NCBI GenBank assembly: GCA_964057225.1
Contig: OZ059897.1
Location: 12,834,001 to 12,898,000 of the forward strand
Direction: 5' to 3'
DNA from: Auanema rhodensis
Taxonomy: Eukaryota; Animalia; Nematoda
DNA length: 64,000 nucleotides
Made by a program: the position numbers and the translations under genes. Under the pieces are notes generated by a model. It made no database searches and was not told the origin of the DNA. It saw only the letters and a program-made list of their open reading frames with translations. Shown here one piece after another: positions 1 to 11,397 of the stretch (position 1 is its first letter; each line of letters opens with the position of its first letter).

Positions 1-139
1 TGAGTTTCCAAGTCCATTCGACGCTGACTGAAGCATACAAATTAAATTTTAACGAAAGTAAAAATAAAAAATTCAGATCAAAAATATCAGTTAAATTGGA
101 ATGGAAAATAATTCAAAATTATATTCTCACTTTTCCAGG

Positions 140-720
140 ATATTGTATCGGACGTCCAAGTACAACCCAGAAAGCGATCGTGCTTCTACCTAAAAAAAAA
201 GAAGGACGAAGTGTCTCGCTTATAAATTGCTTCAAAGTTGCTTCAAAGACTTAATTTTTTATCTAGGAGTCAAAGACTCTGATAATGAGCGGAAATTTTC
301 CAACTCCCATGGATCTTTAAGATTCAAGAAATACAAGTTTTTCGAAGGCGGAACTACTGGAAACTGAACAAGAAGAGTTTCGAAAGGACATGGAAGAAAC
401 TACTTTGAAACGACTGAAAAAAAAGGTTTGCCAATTTTTTAGATCCCAGGAAATGAAATTTTCTCAGGCTGAAATGCTGGAAGATAAGGCAGCAAAAGCA
501 ACTGCAGAAGTTTCTTTTGCAAGAGCTTACTGATAATGAGAAGAAGTTAATTGAGAAGAGACAAACAGCACATCAACAAAGAAAAAAGGTGAGAATTTAA
601 TGAATTCACTTTGTAAAAATAACCGCGATAGTAAGAATAAAGCAAGAGATGAAGCAGAAGATCGTCGAAAACTTGAAGAGTATTAGTTAGTTAAAAGAAA
701 ACTTGAAGAATATAAGTTAT
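140..720 (+). pseudogene. Degraded, possibly spliced E/K-rich coiled-coil coding remnant of unknown family
   Basis: Purine-rich codon-like runs (e.g. AELLETEQEEFRKDMEETTLKRLKK) bounded by ttttccag/ttttag and gt sites; interrupted by stops; no recognisable domain. Confidence 0.25.
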
Positions 721-959
721 TACATTGTGCTGGTATTTTTAAAAAATAGTCATACTGGTATTCATAAACTTTAACCATACTGGTATCATATTCTATCCTT
801 TGGATATAGGAGTCTTCGACTCTGAAGACTCTTGCAATAATGATTGAATACTATTATTTTATCTTCATTACTTTCCTCATTTATTTAAATAAATACATTG
901 ATGTTTGTTTCAAGTGCAAGATAAAGACGAATACGCTCATTATGGTTCGAGTTCTCACA

Positions 960-2267
960 AAGAACAACAGATAAAACAAAACTCCCGAAAAGAGACAAAT
1001 TTTATGACAAGCTCAATAATAAAAAATGTAAAAGAAAGAATTATCGATATGCAGTGAAAGTTTGGAAAAAAAACAAAGTGTACTAGTTTGGAAGATTACA
1101 GTAGAATTTATATAATCAATGATGTCCTATTATTACCAGATGTCTTCGAAAATTTCAGAACTTTGAGTCTAAGGGTTTATCAACTTGATCCTTGTTGGTA
1201 CTTTACTTCTCCAGGATTAGCTTTGGGATGCAATGCTTAAGAAAACTAAAGTAGAATTAGATATACTTCATGATGTTGAGATGTATCTCATGATTGAAAA
1301 AGGAATTAGAGGTGGAATAGTTAATGCTGTCAAAAGATATTCTAAGGTTAATAACAAATACACTAAAAACTTCAATAAAAAACAATTAAATAATTTCCTT
1401 TTGTATTTAGATGCTAACAATTGGTATGGATGGGCAATGTGTCAAATGTTACCTACTGGAGACTTCAAATTTGAAACTCAATCTTTAATAAGTATTCAAT
1501 GGTGAAGCTGAAGCCAAATTGGATCTAAAGGATTATATTGAACATTTGAAAAAGTTAGATAGAGGTTGCATATTTGAAGTAGATTTAGAATATCCCAAAG
1601 AAATACAATCAAGGCATAATGATTTTCCTATGTGTCCAGAGAATGTAAAAATTGTTAATCAAGGTATTAAAAGGTGGGCACTACCTTATTTGATAAAGAG
1701 AAGTATGTGATCCACTATGAAAATCTCTTACAGTGCCTTCAATTTCAAACAATTTCAACAATCATTATTTTCAAGGAAAGCAATTGGTTAGCCTCATATA
1801 TTGAAATGAACACAAATCTAAGAAAAAAGTCTAAAAATTATTTTGAGAAGGATTTTTTCAAATTAACGAATAATAATGTATTTGGAAAAACTATGGAAAA
1901 TGTTAGAGAAAGAGCTGATGTACGTTTAGTTACTGATGACGATAAATTTAAGAAGTTAGCCTCAAAATCTAACTACAAAAGAAGAAGAATGTATAATAAA
2001 GAGCTGTCTGCTGCCGAAATGGAAAAGACTAATATTTTTCTGGATAAACTCATTTATGTTGGCTTTGCTATCTTAGAGTTGAGTAAATGGCTAATGTATG
2101 ATGGAGATAACATTGTATCAGGAGTGTTAAACATCAAATATTCACACAATGTCAGAATAAAGTTGCTCTGAATGATGAATTTGGGGATCATAAACGTTAC
2201 ATCCTCAAAGATAGTCATTCAACTATGGCTTTTGGTAATTGTCATATTAAACCAGAGGTTCTTTGAT
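960..2267 (+). pseudogene. Protein-primed family B DNA polymerase (pPolB) of a Maverick/Polinton, frameshifted and internally deleted
   Basis: Three overlapping ORFs carry GIRGG, YLDANNWYGWAMCQMLPTG (motif A) and FFKLTNNNVFGKTMENVR (motif B); a C-terminal NKVALN..GDHKRYI..STMAFG remnant lies at ~2150-2245; the YxDTDS motif C is missing; no introns. Confidence 0.9.
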
Positions 2268-2309
2268 TCTTAGAATCTTGAGAATATTGCTTCTGAAGTC
2301 ATAAGATTC

Positions 2310-2738
2310 TAATAATTAGAGAAGTAAAAGACAGTAATAACCACATGATGTGCTCCTAATTCTTGTATTTCGAACGTTGAAAACTCTATTTTATCTTTTT
2401 TTATTTCTACTCTTGAGATACTCTTGAAGTTCTAATGGAGGATCTAATTCAAAGGAATCAAAGAAATAAATCTTTCTTTTACTTTTAGAATAACAAACCC
2501 AATGAGTACCTTTACCTTCTGAAGAATCTAAATTTACAATACCAATTTCCTTGTTTTTAACCTTATTTGGTAAAGCGTCTCTCATGAAAACACCACGAAA
2601 ATTCTTGATTTCGAGTACATTTACAAGCTCCAGGAGATCTAGATTTGTGAGAGCTTCAAGGTTTTTATCGAATCTTAGATTCTCAAGCACTCCTGAAGGA
2701 GCTTGCGACGCAGATCTTCCGGATTCATTAAAATTCAT
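2310..2738 (-). pseudogene. Adenain-like cysteine protease of the Maverick/Polinton, frameshifted
   Basis: FRGVFMRD..IGIVNLDSSEGKGTHWVCY..FFDSF (catalytic His and Asp); after frameshifts IQELG/STSCGYYCLLLL (oxyanion Gln and catalytic Cys) at ~2310-2375. Confidence 0.88.
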
Positions 2739-2970
2739 TTATTAGCTTAAAAATGTTTGAAATGATCAAAAATTGTGAAATGGTCAAAATGGTTAAAGAA
2801 CCGTCCAGTACAAAATTGTAATTTTTTCAGAAAAGCCAGATTTTCATTAAGTTACGACAGATTTTGATGATTTTGTGCATTAAAATAGTCAAAAAGTGCA
2901 AAAAATTGGGCAAAATGACCATCTAGCGCCAACTTCTTATATACTACTCAAACAGTATAGGAAATATATA

Positions 2971-3190
2971 CAGTCTTGTGCGAAAAACCTCGGACAAAAA
3001 TCTCTTAGAGGTCCCAGAAATCCCTTCAAACTACAAAAAACAACTTTTTTTTAATTTCATAAGTTTCGTAGAGTCACATAGTATCAGTCAAAATATATGT
3101 TAATATAATGAAAACTGATTTCAATATTATTTCTAAATTTATAAGGAAAAATAGTGTTTTTTGACTATTTTGAATTTTTTTATTTAACAA
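2971..3190 (-). repeat. Dispersed repeat / non-autonomous DNA transposon fragment, related to 61350-61775
   Basis: Reverse complement of 3005-3065 and 3090-3175 aligns with 61706-61772 and 61357-61380/61617-61685; begins TA|CAGTC (Tc1/mariner-like end). Confidence 0.6.
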
Positions 3191-3245
3191 AATTTGAAAT
3201 TAGAAACAACTTAATTCAAATTATGTTTGCAATGATATATAGCAA

Positions 3246-4606
3246 TCATGTTGTAGAAGAAATACTCATTTTCTGTTTGAAGCAATTGTTGATCAGGCTA
3301 GTACTTGTTACTAATATTAGAAGCCTAAAATAACAAAACATTTTAATGTCAACATTAAACCTTTTCTAACCCTTCCAAAGTAATTGACATTACCCAACAT
3401 AATGTAGTAAGTAAAAATACAGTGAGAGTGTCCTCAAAAAATGGACCCGCCACATGAAAGCAGCTTAGCATACACAAGTTATTACAAAGACTAAAAATAA
3501 TCTGAAATAAAAGTGTTAAGTTTGACATCTTGATTTGGAGTACAACTTGTATAAAATAAATATTTTCTTTGTATCTTCTACGATCATTCCATGGCTTTAG
3601 ATTACTCATCTAAAAAGATGTTATTACTCTATTTCATAAAACTTAAAACTTTGAACCTTCCGAGCAGATCTAATGGAGAATAAAGTGAAAAAATTGAAAA
3701 CGAATGATAAAAGATACATAATTACGTTAAAACAAAAATCCATGGAGAATTTCAAAGTATTTCCACACACATTTTCAGAGAATGAGTATATTATTGTGGT
3801 TTCGTGTGCACCAAATGAGCAGTCAACTAAAAAAATTAGAAATTAGAAAGATAATATTTAAATTAGAAATAAAAAGAATATGATCTAAAATACATACGAA
3901 AAAAGTATACGCAAAAATAAATTATGGCAAGAATGGTAACCACAATTAGAGAAATTCTCAAATATTGAAGAAAATCTATGTTCCGGTAAATAACTGGATA
4001 TGACACAGCCATAAATCTGTAAGAAATGTGAGTAAGACCATATATATTCAAATCTGAGCTGTCACGATTACCTGGTTATACAAACTAAAAAATAACTACA
4101 AACAGCACATTCATAAAACATTATAGAAAACTGTCCAAGTATATCATTTACATGACGTAAATATAAAGAATTCGTAGGACCGCTTAAAATAGAAATTATT
4201 GTGGTAAAATATTTACATGTAATCATACATGATGATATAGGTCACAGTCCATATCAGAATACAAATCAATGTTAAACTTTGTGATAAATTATGATATATC
4301 TGTGTTAAAGCATATGGAGTTTTTCTAAATATCAAAAATTTTCTTAGCATTGCTTTATACACAAACTTAAAAATTGAGCTGCTACTAATAGAATACGCTG
4401 ATGATCCATTAAGAATAGCTCCGATACCACATATCTTTAAGTTATTCGAAGATATCGGCAGATTATAAATAAAAACTTACGGAAGCTATTACACTTGCTC
4501 GAAGTAAAGGATTATACAGATATGATTTATTTTGAATAAGTAGAATTTCATTTTGAAGATTGAAAATGCTAGGATCATTGTTGAATCTTGGTCCAATCGC
4601 GATCAT
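3246..4606 (-). CDS. Serpentine chemoreceptor, Srx class (multi-exon)
   Basis: Spliced exons read LLRASVIAS|ICGIGAILNGSSAY..KTPYALTQ..ILGQFSIMFYE..RFMAVSYPVIY..DCSFGAHE..CGNTLKFSMDFCF; exon pattern matches the srx copies at 57.9 and 62.9 kb. Confidence 0.75.
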
Positions 4607-5038
4607 TACTACTAAAAGAGAATGCTGGTGTGGAGGGAAAGTAGCCTGAAACACGATTGGATTGAAATTCCAATGTTTCCCAAGAAATTATTACTCAATG
4701 TTTCTTCCTTCTAATGTTCTTTCGCTTTCCCATGGGTGAGAAACTGTCAATTACTGTTTTACTATGTTGCATTATTGTGAATTTCTTTCAGCATATTCAT
4801 AAGATATATGTTTGTACTTCAAGTTTCCGCAAGAATAGATTCAAGGATAGTTTTTACTCTTTTCAATCGAGTTCAAGATAAATTATTATTAATACGCGTC
4901 AGAAGACAAAACAACAACATCTGTGTAACAACGGTGAAAAAAGAGTTGAATAAAAGACACGTATACCTTTTTTTCCTTAATATATTTCACTACAATGGAG
5001 AGCAAGTTTAAAAGACCGTGGTTTGGTTTTGAAATATT

Positions 5039-7114
5039 TTAGTGGCCAGCATTTGATCCTTGTGGTGGCTGTTGTCCCGGAGTACCTCCCTGCTGTTGCC
5101 AATAACTAAAACGAAAAGGTAATTAATTTCATGTTTTATCAATCCTTACTTTGCCCACTGTTGCATCATTTGAGGATTATTATAATATGTAGCATAGTAT
5201 TGCCAATATTGTTGTTGAGCAGCAGCAGCTGCAGCTGCGTTGGTTCCTCCAGCCTGCTTCAAAATTTTTGTTAATTTATCAACATCTTGGAAAAACCTGG
5301 TGAGCTGCTCCAGTGTAGCCCGATGTTCCATTCCCATAGCCATAAGCACCATAACCATAAGAATTAGCTCCTGCGGCGGCAGAAGTCTAGGAAAGAAGCA
5401 ATAAATTTGTAAATATCGTTAATACTTACTGTGTTACTAACTTTACCCCAGCTGCACCTCACTGTGTGGCCCGACACATCTTGGCCATTCATATTTAGAA
5501 TCGCTCTAGTGGCAGCATCTTTTGTATCAAATTTAACAAAAGCATATCCTTGAACTTTAAAAATTCTAACTTCGGTGATACGTCCAAACTTTTCAAATCC
5601 TTTACGAATTTCATCCTCTGAAAAAAAAAAAAAAATAAATAATGATTGTAAAAACCAACCAGCAAGAAGTGATCCAATATTACCAACATATACAGATGTG
5701 TTATCTGGTGTAGTTGCATTGTAGATTTCGTCGTATGACTTATCGTGAGCAGCTTGTTCTGGACCTCCTTGTCCAGGCTTTCTGGTGGCCCAGTTTGTTC
5801 TGATAGTTCGTCTGCCCAACCACTGCCCATTCATTTGCTCAATAGCTCTCTCAGCTTCCTGCAAAAAAATATATAAAGAACATACATTTTCCCCATACAG
5901 ACCTCTCTCTTCGGGTAAGACACAAAGCCATAACCCTTAGATTTTAAAGTTCCAACATCTCTAATGACTTTAGCATCACTAGGGCGTAAAATGAAAACAA
6001 ATACTAAAGCTTTTCTAAATACCTGATTTCTCCGAATGGAGCGAATGCTTCGCGAAGAGCTTTGTTATCAACTTCAGGAGACAAATCACCAACGAAGACA
6101 TGAAAATGTTCTAAAAGAATGTATATAAAGGAATATCTATTTTTTTAAACATACTGCTTGTATCTACTTTAGCTTGTTGTTGTCCAGGTTCAACTGCCCA
6201 GTTAACTTTCATTTCCTAGAAAAGGACTAATTTAAAGACATCTTATCTTCTGCCAACCTTTTCCAATAACATTCTACGGTTCATGGCTTGCAAAGCTTGA
6301 GCAGCCTGTGAGTGGTCTGAGAATTCAACAAACGCATATGGGTCGTTTGTTCCCTAAAAGAAACTGATGAAATAAAAATCGAAGCATAATAAATCCCCAT
6401 TCAAATTTTTCCTAATTAAAGAATGCTCAGTTTTTTCCGAAAAACAATAAAATAAAAAAAGCGTAGAGTGTAAATAATATACTCTGTTAGCCGGTTAAGT
6501 ACACGGTGGTGATATTTATGCGACCACAGACGGGCGAGGAACGGCCACCTGAGAAGGGACATCTGAGCCAAAAATGAGAGCAATTGAATAAAAGAAAATC
6601 GAAAAGAAAAAAAAAAGAAAAAGAATAGTTCAAAGCTCACCCGCTCACGCAATAGCAATATTTCTAGTTGCAAATCAAAGAGAAGAGCCACAAAATTTTT
6701 TAATTGCTCTTTAACTCTACACTGTGAAACTAACAAAAAAAACCTATGCAATGCTATATCTCGTGTTACCCGCCGCGGCAGAATCAGCGATTTCTGAAAA
6801 CCGAAGAAAAAAGAAACTCACATCAAATATGACTTTAGTTTTAGTTACAACTCCCATTTGTCCAAATAAAGTAGCAATAAATTCTTCAGTAACGGATGAA
6901 TCCAAATTTCCGACATATCTTCAAATACAAATATCTCAAGTCAAATAAGCACCACACTTACAATGTTTTGGGTTCATCATTTACCATAGAAAACCCTTCC
7001 TTCTCCGCAACCTTGGAATGAGTTCTAGGGTTATAAGCATTATCATGTGATTCTCCGTAATACTATATGTGTAAATTAAAAATACTTTCTAAATAATATT
7101 CAACTTACCGCCAT
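5039..7114 (-). CDS. tiar-1: TIA-1/TIAR family RNA-binding protein (3 RRMs plus Q/Y-rich tail)
   Basis: [92 protein letters not shown]. Confidence 0.95.
6483..6793 (-). other. Candidate poison cassette exons in the tiar-1 RRM1 intron
   Basis: Two GC-rich blocks (~6744-6793, 50 nt; ~6483-6562, 80 nt or 66 nt) flanked by AG/GT sites and long U tracts; inclusion frameshifts or adds a stop. Confidence 0.6.
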
Positions 7115-7572
7115 ATTAAACAAAATAATAAATAATATACGGATTAACGGTTACAACCTGAATAATTAGAAATTATAATTATTCAAACAAAATCTTGATT
7201 CTCCAAGAACATCAAAACAAAAAAAGGGACGAGCAAGCGTTGACCTAGCAACCGGAGACCGCTCGCGTGCTAATAAAACCAGCTCCTTGCCTGCGAATCG
7301 ACCGCTCCCGCGCAATTCAAACAGGAAAATTAGCATTTCAGCATTAATACATACGAGCCAAGCAACCAAGATATATTAAACTATAGTGGTAAATACCTTT
7401 TATAGAAGAAAACTTTTAAATAAAAATTCTGTATTCAATCACATTACCAACGCAATTTCACTCCGCTTTGTTTGTTTCAATCGAATAAATCAAACAAAGC
7501 AGAGCATAAATTTCGAACATAATGAATATTATTTGATTTTTCTGTGAAAAATATTAAATTCATAAATATAAT

Positions 7573-8875
7573 TTACAGATCTTCGAGCACAGCTCGGTTA
7601 TTAACACTTCTGGGCGTATCGAAAGAGAATTGAATTTGGTGTCCCGGTTGAGCCAATGGTGTTGACGATTTAAAGCAATGATTACTTTTATTCCAGCCGA
7701 AAAAAAAATCATCACGTTCTTCTCGTAAATGTGAAAGTTCCATAACACTATGATCAGCCTAGAGTATTTTCTAAAGTCCAACCCGTTTCATACTCCGGCA
7801 CAAACTTTCCTGATTTTTTTGTAGCTAGCCATTAATGGGTCATAGTCCAGTATAGTTATCTGGCCATACCTGATTCGGAAACGAGGCAATCTATTAACAA
7901 AAGTATGTCTAAGACAGGAAATACAAAGTATTAGCGCGAGTATCCCAATAACAAATCCTAATAAAATTAGACCTAAAATTATCAAAAGTGTTCTGAAAGT
8001 TCCAACGTCTTACTGATTTGAGCAGAAGTTAATGAACCCGTTGAATTAAAACCGTGCAAAAGTGAGTAAACGGCACTACCTCCAAAAATTAAAAAAAAGA
8101 ATAAACATGTTCCATACTGACAGGCGTATCGACTTAGATAATCTCTGAATGATCCATACTGTAATTCAATTGTAAATATTTTTACAAATTAAATCGGTAT
8201 TCATTACCTTTATATAACGATACTTTACTCCACATAAACGACATGATTTGTGTGTATCAATTATGTTCGCCAAACACCCGTGATGGCAATCCATCCTTAA
8301 AAAGGAGAAATTGTACTTAATGCGATATTTGGAAATAATGAGTTATGTTGCTACTTACTCGCAAAAACATGGTCTTATAAAATGTGTATCATGGAGGGTA
8401 GATTTTGGTTCAGGGTACTTGTCGTTTTGGCAAATGAAGCAAGTTCTATTTAATCTAATATCACTGATTGTCTGAAAATCATCAAGTAGTTGTTTTTTAT
8501 ATCTAATCAAGTACTTTCCGATAGGGCCAATCACATTTCTCACACTTCTGATCACTCCAAATGGTAGATTTCAAAGCACAATTGATATGAACAACACTGG
8601 AAATTAAAAGGTGTCAACTGGCCCATAAGAAGATAAACTTACAGTTCACACTCACATGGTCTACAGTAGCGATTTCTGTCTTGTAATATCACTCTTTTAG
8701 AACATATAACACATGTTTTATTTTTCTCCAATGATGAGCCCTGTTCAATGTCCGAACCTGGAATCTAAATTGAAATTTTATGGAAACAATTCTGATGAGT
8801 CACTTCTAACGATGATGACTTAGCAATCACTTTTTCACCGGAGGTGCCCACGTCACTTTCGCTTTCGACAGTCAT
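7573..8875 (-). CDS. Membrane protein with two tandem RING-CH (RINGv)-like domains, putative E3 ligase
   Basis: Domain 1: CVICS..RPCEC..VHINC..CEKC; domain 2: CFICQ..RPCFC..CHHGC..CRLC; followed by hydrophobic helices (IILGLILLGFVIGILALILCISC); last exon ends ..NRAVLEDL*. Confidence 0.75.
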
Positions 8876-9234
8876 CTAAAAATAATACGAGAAACTAATA
8901 GAGAAGTTAGACTGTTAGAACAATCTTATATGAGACATGAGACATGAGACGGTACGATCGACTAAGGAATAGTCCTATGAAAAATAAACAATTTAAAAAA
9001 TATGTAAAAAATACGCGTATTTATGGCACTTGGATGAGACTCAATATGACTATCATAAGAAAAATATTCACAGGTATGAAAGTATATAAAAGGTAGAAAT
9101 CTAAAAGTCATAAAGCTGTGATGGTAAGAAGCGAAAAATTATCAGCATGCAAGATAACGTGGTCAATGAAATCGAAGTGTTAAACCTGTTAAGAATCATC
9201 ATTCACAGGTACCGGTTAGTGATTTTGGTTAGAT

Positions 9235-11018
9235 CTAGATAGGGGTTTCATTAAAAGGTAAGGGAAGTAACATGGAAGGAGAAATATTGTTAAGGTTTCG
9301 CTCAGGAGTGGAACTATGCTGATTTTGATGTCTACCGCTATCATAATAAAAAGGAGGACGATCTAGAGAAGCTGGAGCAAAATCAAGGGCAACCGGTGAA
9401 ATATTTCTTCTCCAGTTGTAACGAAGAACCCGCTCTTCTTGCTGTGGACTGTCGTAAAGTTCAGTGGAGTTGAGTAGAGGAGAATCTAGTTCCACATTCC
9501 ACATCACAGTCTGTGGGCTACTATCACATCCCCTAACATTTTCAATGTCTTCAGAGATGTACATCTGAAAAAAATATAATGTTTAGGCATCCAAAATATA
9601 GTACGAACTGCATCAGGTGGCACATCATAATTTCGAGAAGGATCTAGAGGAGTTTGAGATGTTGAGTTCGGAGTAGAGCCAACAGGAGTTGAGCGCAAAT
9701 AACCACTTTCCTTTGTACAAGCAATTCTGAAGGATGACATTTCCACTGGCGATAACTCTGAAATTATTTTCTGAGTTTTCAAGAACGAAGTAAAGAAACC
9801 TCGAACAGGAGAGCGGAAAGTCTGATGGCGAAGGGGAGAAACACTCGAAGCGGGATTAGTTGTAGAAAGAAGATCTCGGCTATTTTGTGGTTGTGGTGGC
9901 TGTGATGACTGTGATTGTGATGGCTGGTTTCGCTGTTGTTGAACTATTTGATTTGGATCAATGCCGACAGGGTTCCAGAAGTCCACCTCCATATTCTATA
10001 AATAAAAGTGACCTTTTTTTTTGTAATTATCTGGAAATAACAAACCATTTGCCTGTCTAAAGGTCCTATTATATGGGGATTTAGATCTAACGCAGTTTCC
10101 CGCACATGAATAGAGCCAGGTGAATGTCTTTTCCCACAACAAATTCGACCCTGTTAGGACAAAAAATAAAAAAAGAACGAAAACAGAATTCTAACCAACA
10201 AAGAGCGCAGCTTACGTTTGATCAATGGCCGTCTTGATTCACTCAGCCGATTGTATGTAGTATTATACTGCTGTGACAGTTCAATATCAAGCTGATCGAC
10301 AATAAAAAGAATCTAAATACAACCTCGAACAGCGAATCAACCTGACTCAAACTTCGTTTTTATTCTGCCAGTGCTTGAACTCTGCATAATGATGAACAAG
10401 GGTCATTCCCAGCCAAAACAAGTAAATGAAGACGACAAATGCAGCCATGATAACTAAGACGACCACCTCTCAAAATCAATCATGCGAAGTAGAAAAAAAA
10501 AGGCTTACCTGAAGCCGTGAAAGCTCCTCTATCAGTTATCTCCGGGGATAAGTAAGTAGTTAGCGCAGTATGAACACATAGGTAAGTTATATACATAGCT
10601 GTAGGACCTAACGACATCATGCAAAGCAAATCAGTTATAAACCGCTTATTTGTGCCCTCAGATCCACGCCAACCTCGAACACGTATATAAGCCCGCATAC
10701 CCTGTTTTCTTCTTAACAATTCATCGCAATGCAAATATTACACATCACTGCAAACCTTCCAACTTCGTATTTGAATTTACAAATTTCACAGCATGTAGTT
10801 CTGGAAGTTGACAGCCAATGCTCTAAACAACTTCGATGGTACAATCCCATCGTTCCTCTTAAGTTGGATCTCGAATATGAAGTTTAAACATGAACTAACT
10901 TGCAATGGCAAGGTGAAATAAGCGGTTCGCCTGCATACTTCCCCAAATATGGTATTGAAGATTCTCCGCAGAGACAAACGCGACAAACTGCTGGCCCCAG
11001 TGAACTATTGATATCCAT
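9235..11018 (-). CDS. marc-3: MARCH family RING-CH E3 ubiquitin ligase (MARCH2/3-like)
   Basis: MDINSSLGPAVCRVCLCGESSIPYLGKYAGEPLISPCHC|GTMGLYHRSCLEHWLSTSRTTCCEICKF; two TM segments; S/P-rich tail ending ETPI (PDZ-type); symbol is from recalled similarity. Confidence 0.85.
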
Positions 11019-11397
11019 TTTTAACCCTTTATAGCATACCACTCTGATCCTGTATAAGACATCGTTACCAATACTTGGGTGTCAAATTGATTGAATAATT
11101 TGTGTATTTATCATAAGCTATTATACAGTTTAAAAGGTTTAATTTAAGAAATTGAAAAGGGTTATAATTCAAAAACGTACAAAAAGTTTTAAAAGATTAA
11201 CTTGATATAAGGTGATTGAATACAAAAAAATCCAAAGTGCGCTCGTGTTATCTGCGAGACCATTTACCTTGTACCTTTAGTAGTTAAGAAATATATATAT
11301 TACGGTACAATCTACAATTCTCTGAACCAATGTTTTTAGTGTGGTTTATGTACAATATGATCACTGATCTTTTTAATAAAAAAAGATTCGTAAAATA

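Larger units (their letters stand above)
900..2948. mobile_element. Maverick/Polinton remnant with one preserved terminus
   Basis: Convergent pPolB and protease; sub-terminal AAATGGTCAAAA-like repeats at 2760-2920; ends ...TTATATACTACT at 2948 (reverse complement AGTAGT, the typical Polinton terminus); left boundary not identifiable. Confidence 0.8.

Noticed and set aside
4463-4654. Possible alternative terminal exon of tiar-1
   Set aside because: Its end (LLRASVIAS|gtaagt) is better explained as the first exon of the srx gene
10900-10935. Apparent frameshift in the marc-3 RING
   Set aside because: Careful reading gives in-frame GEPLISPCHC; the listed ORF is an off-frame shadow
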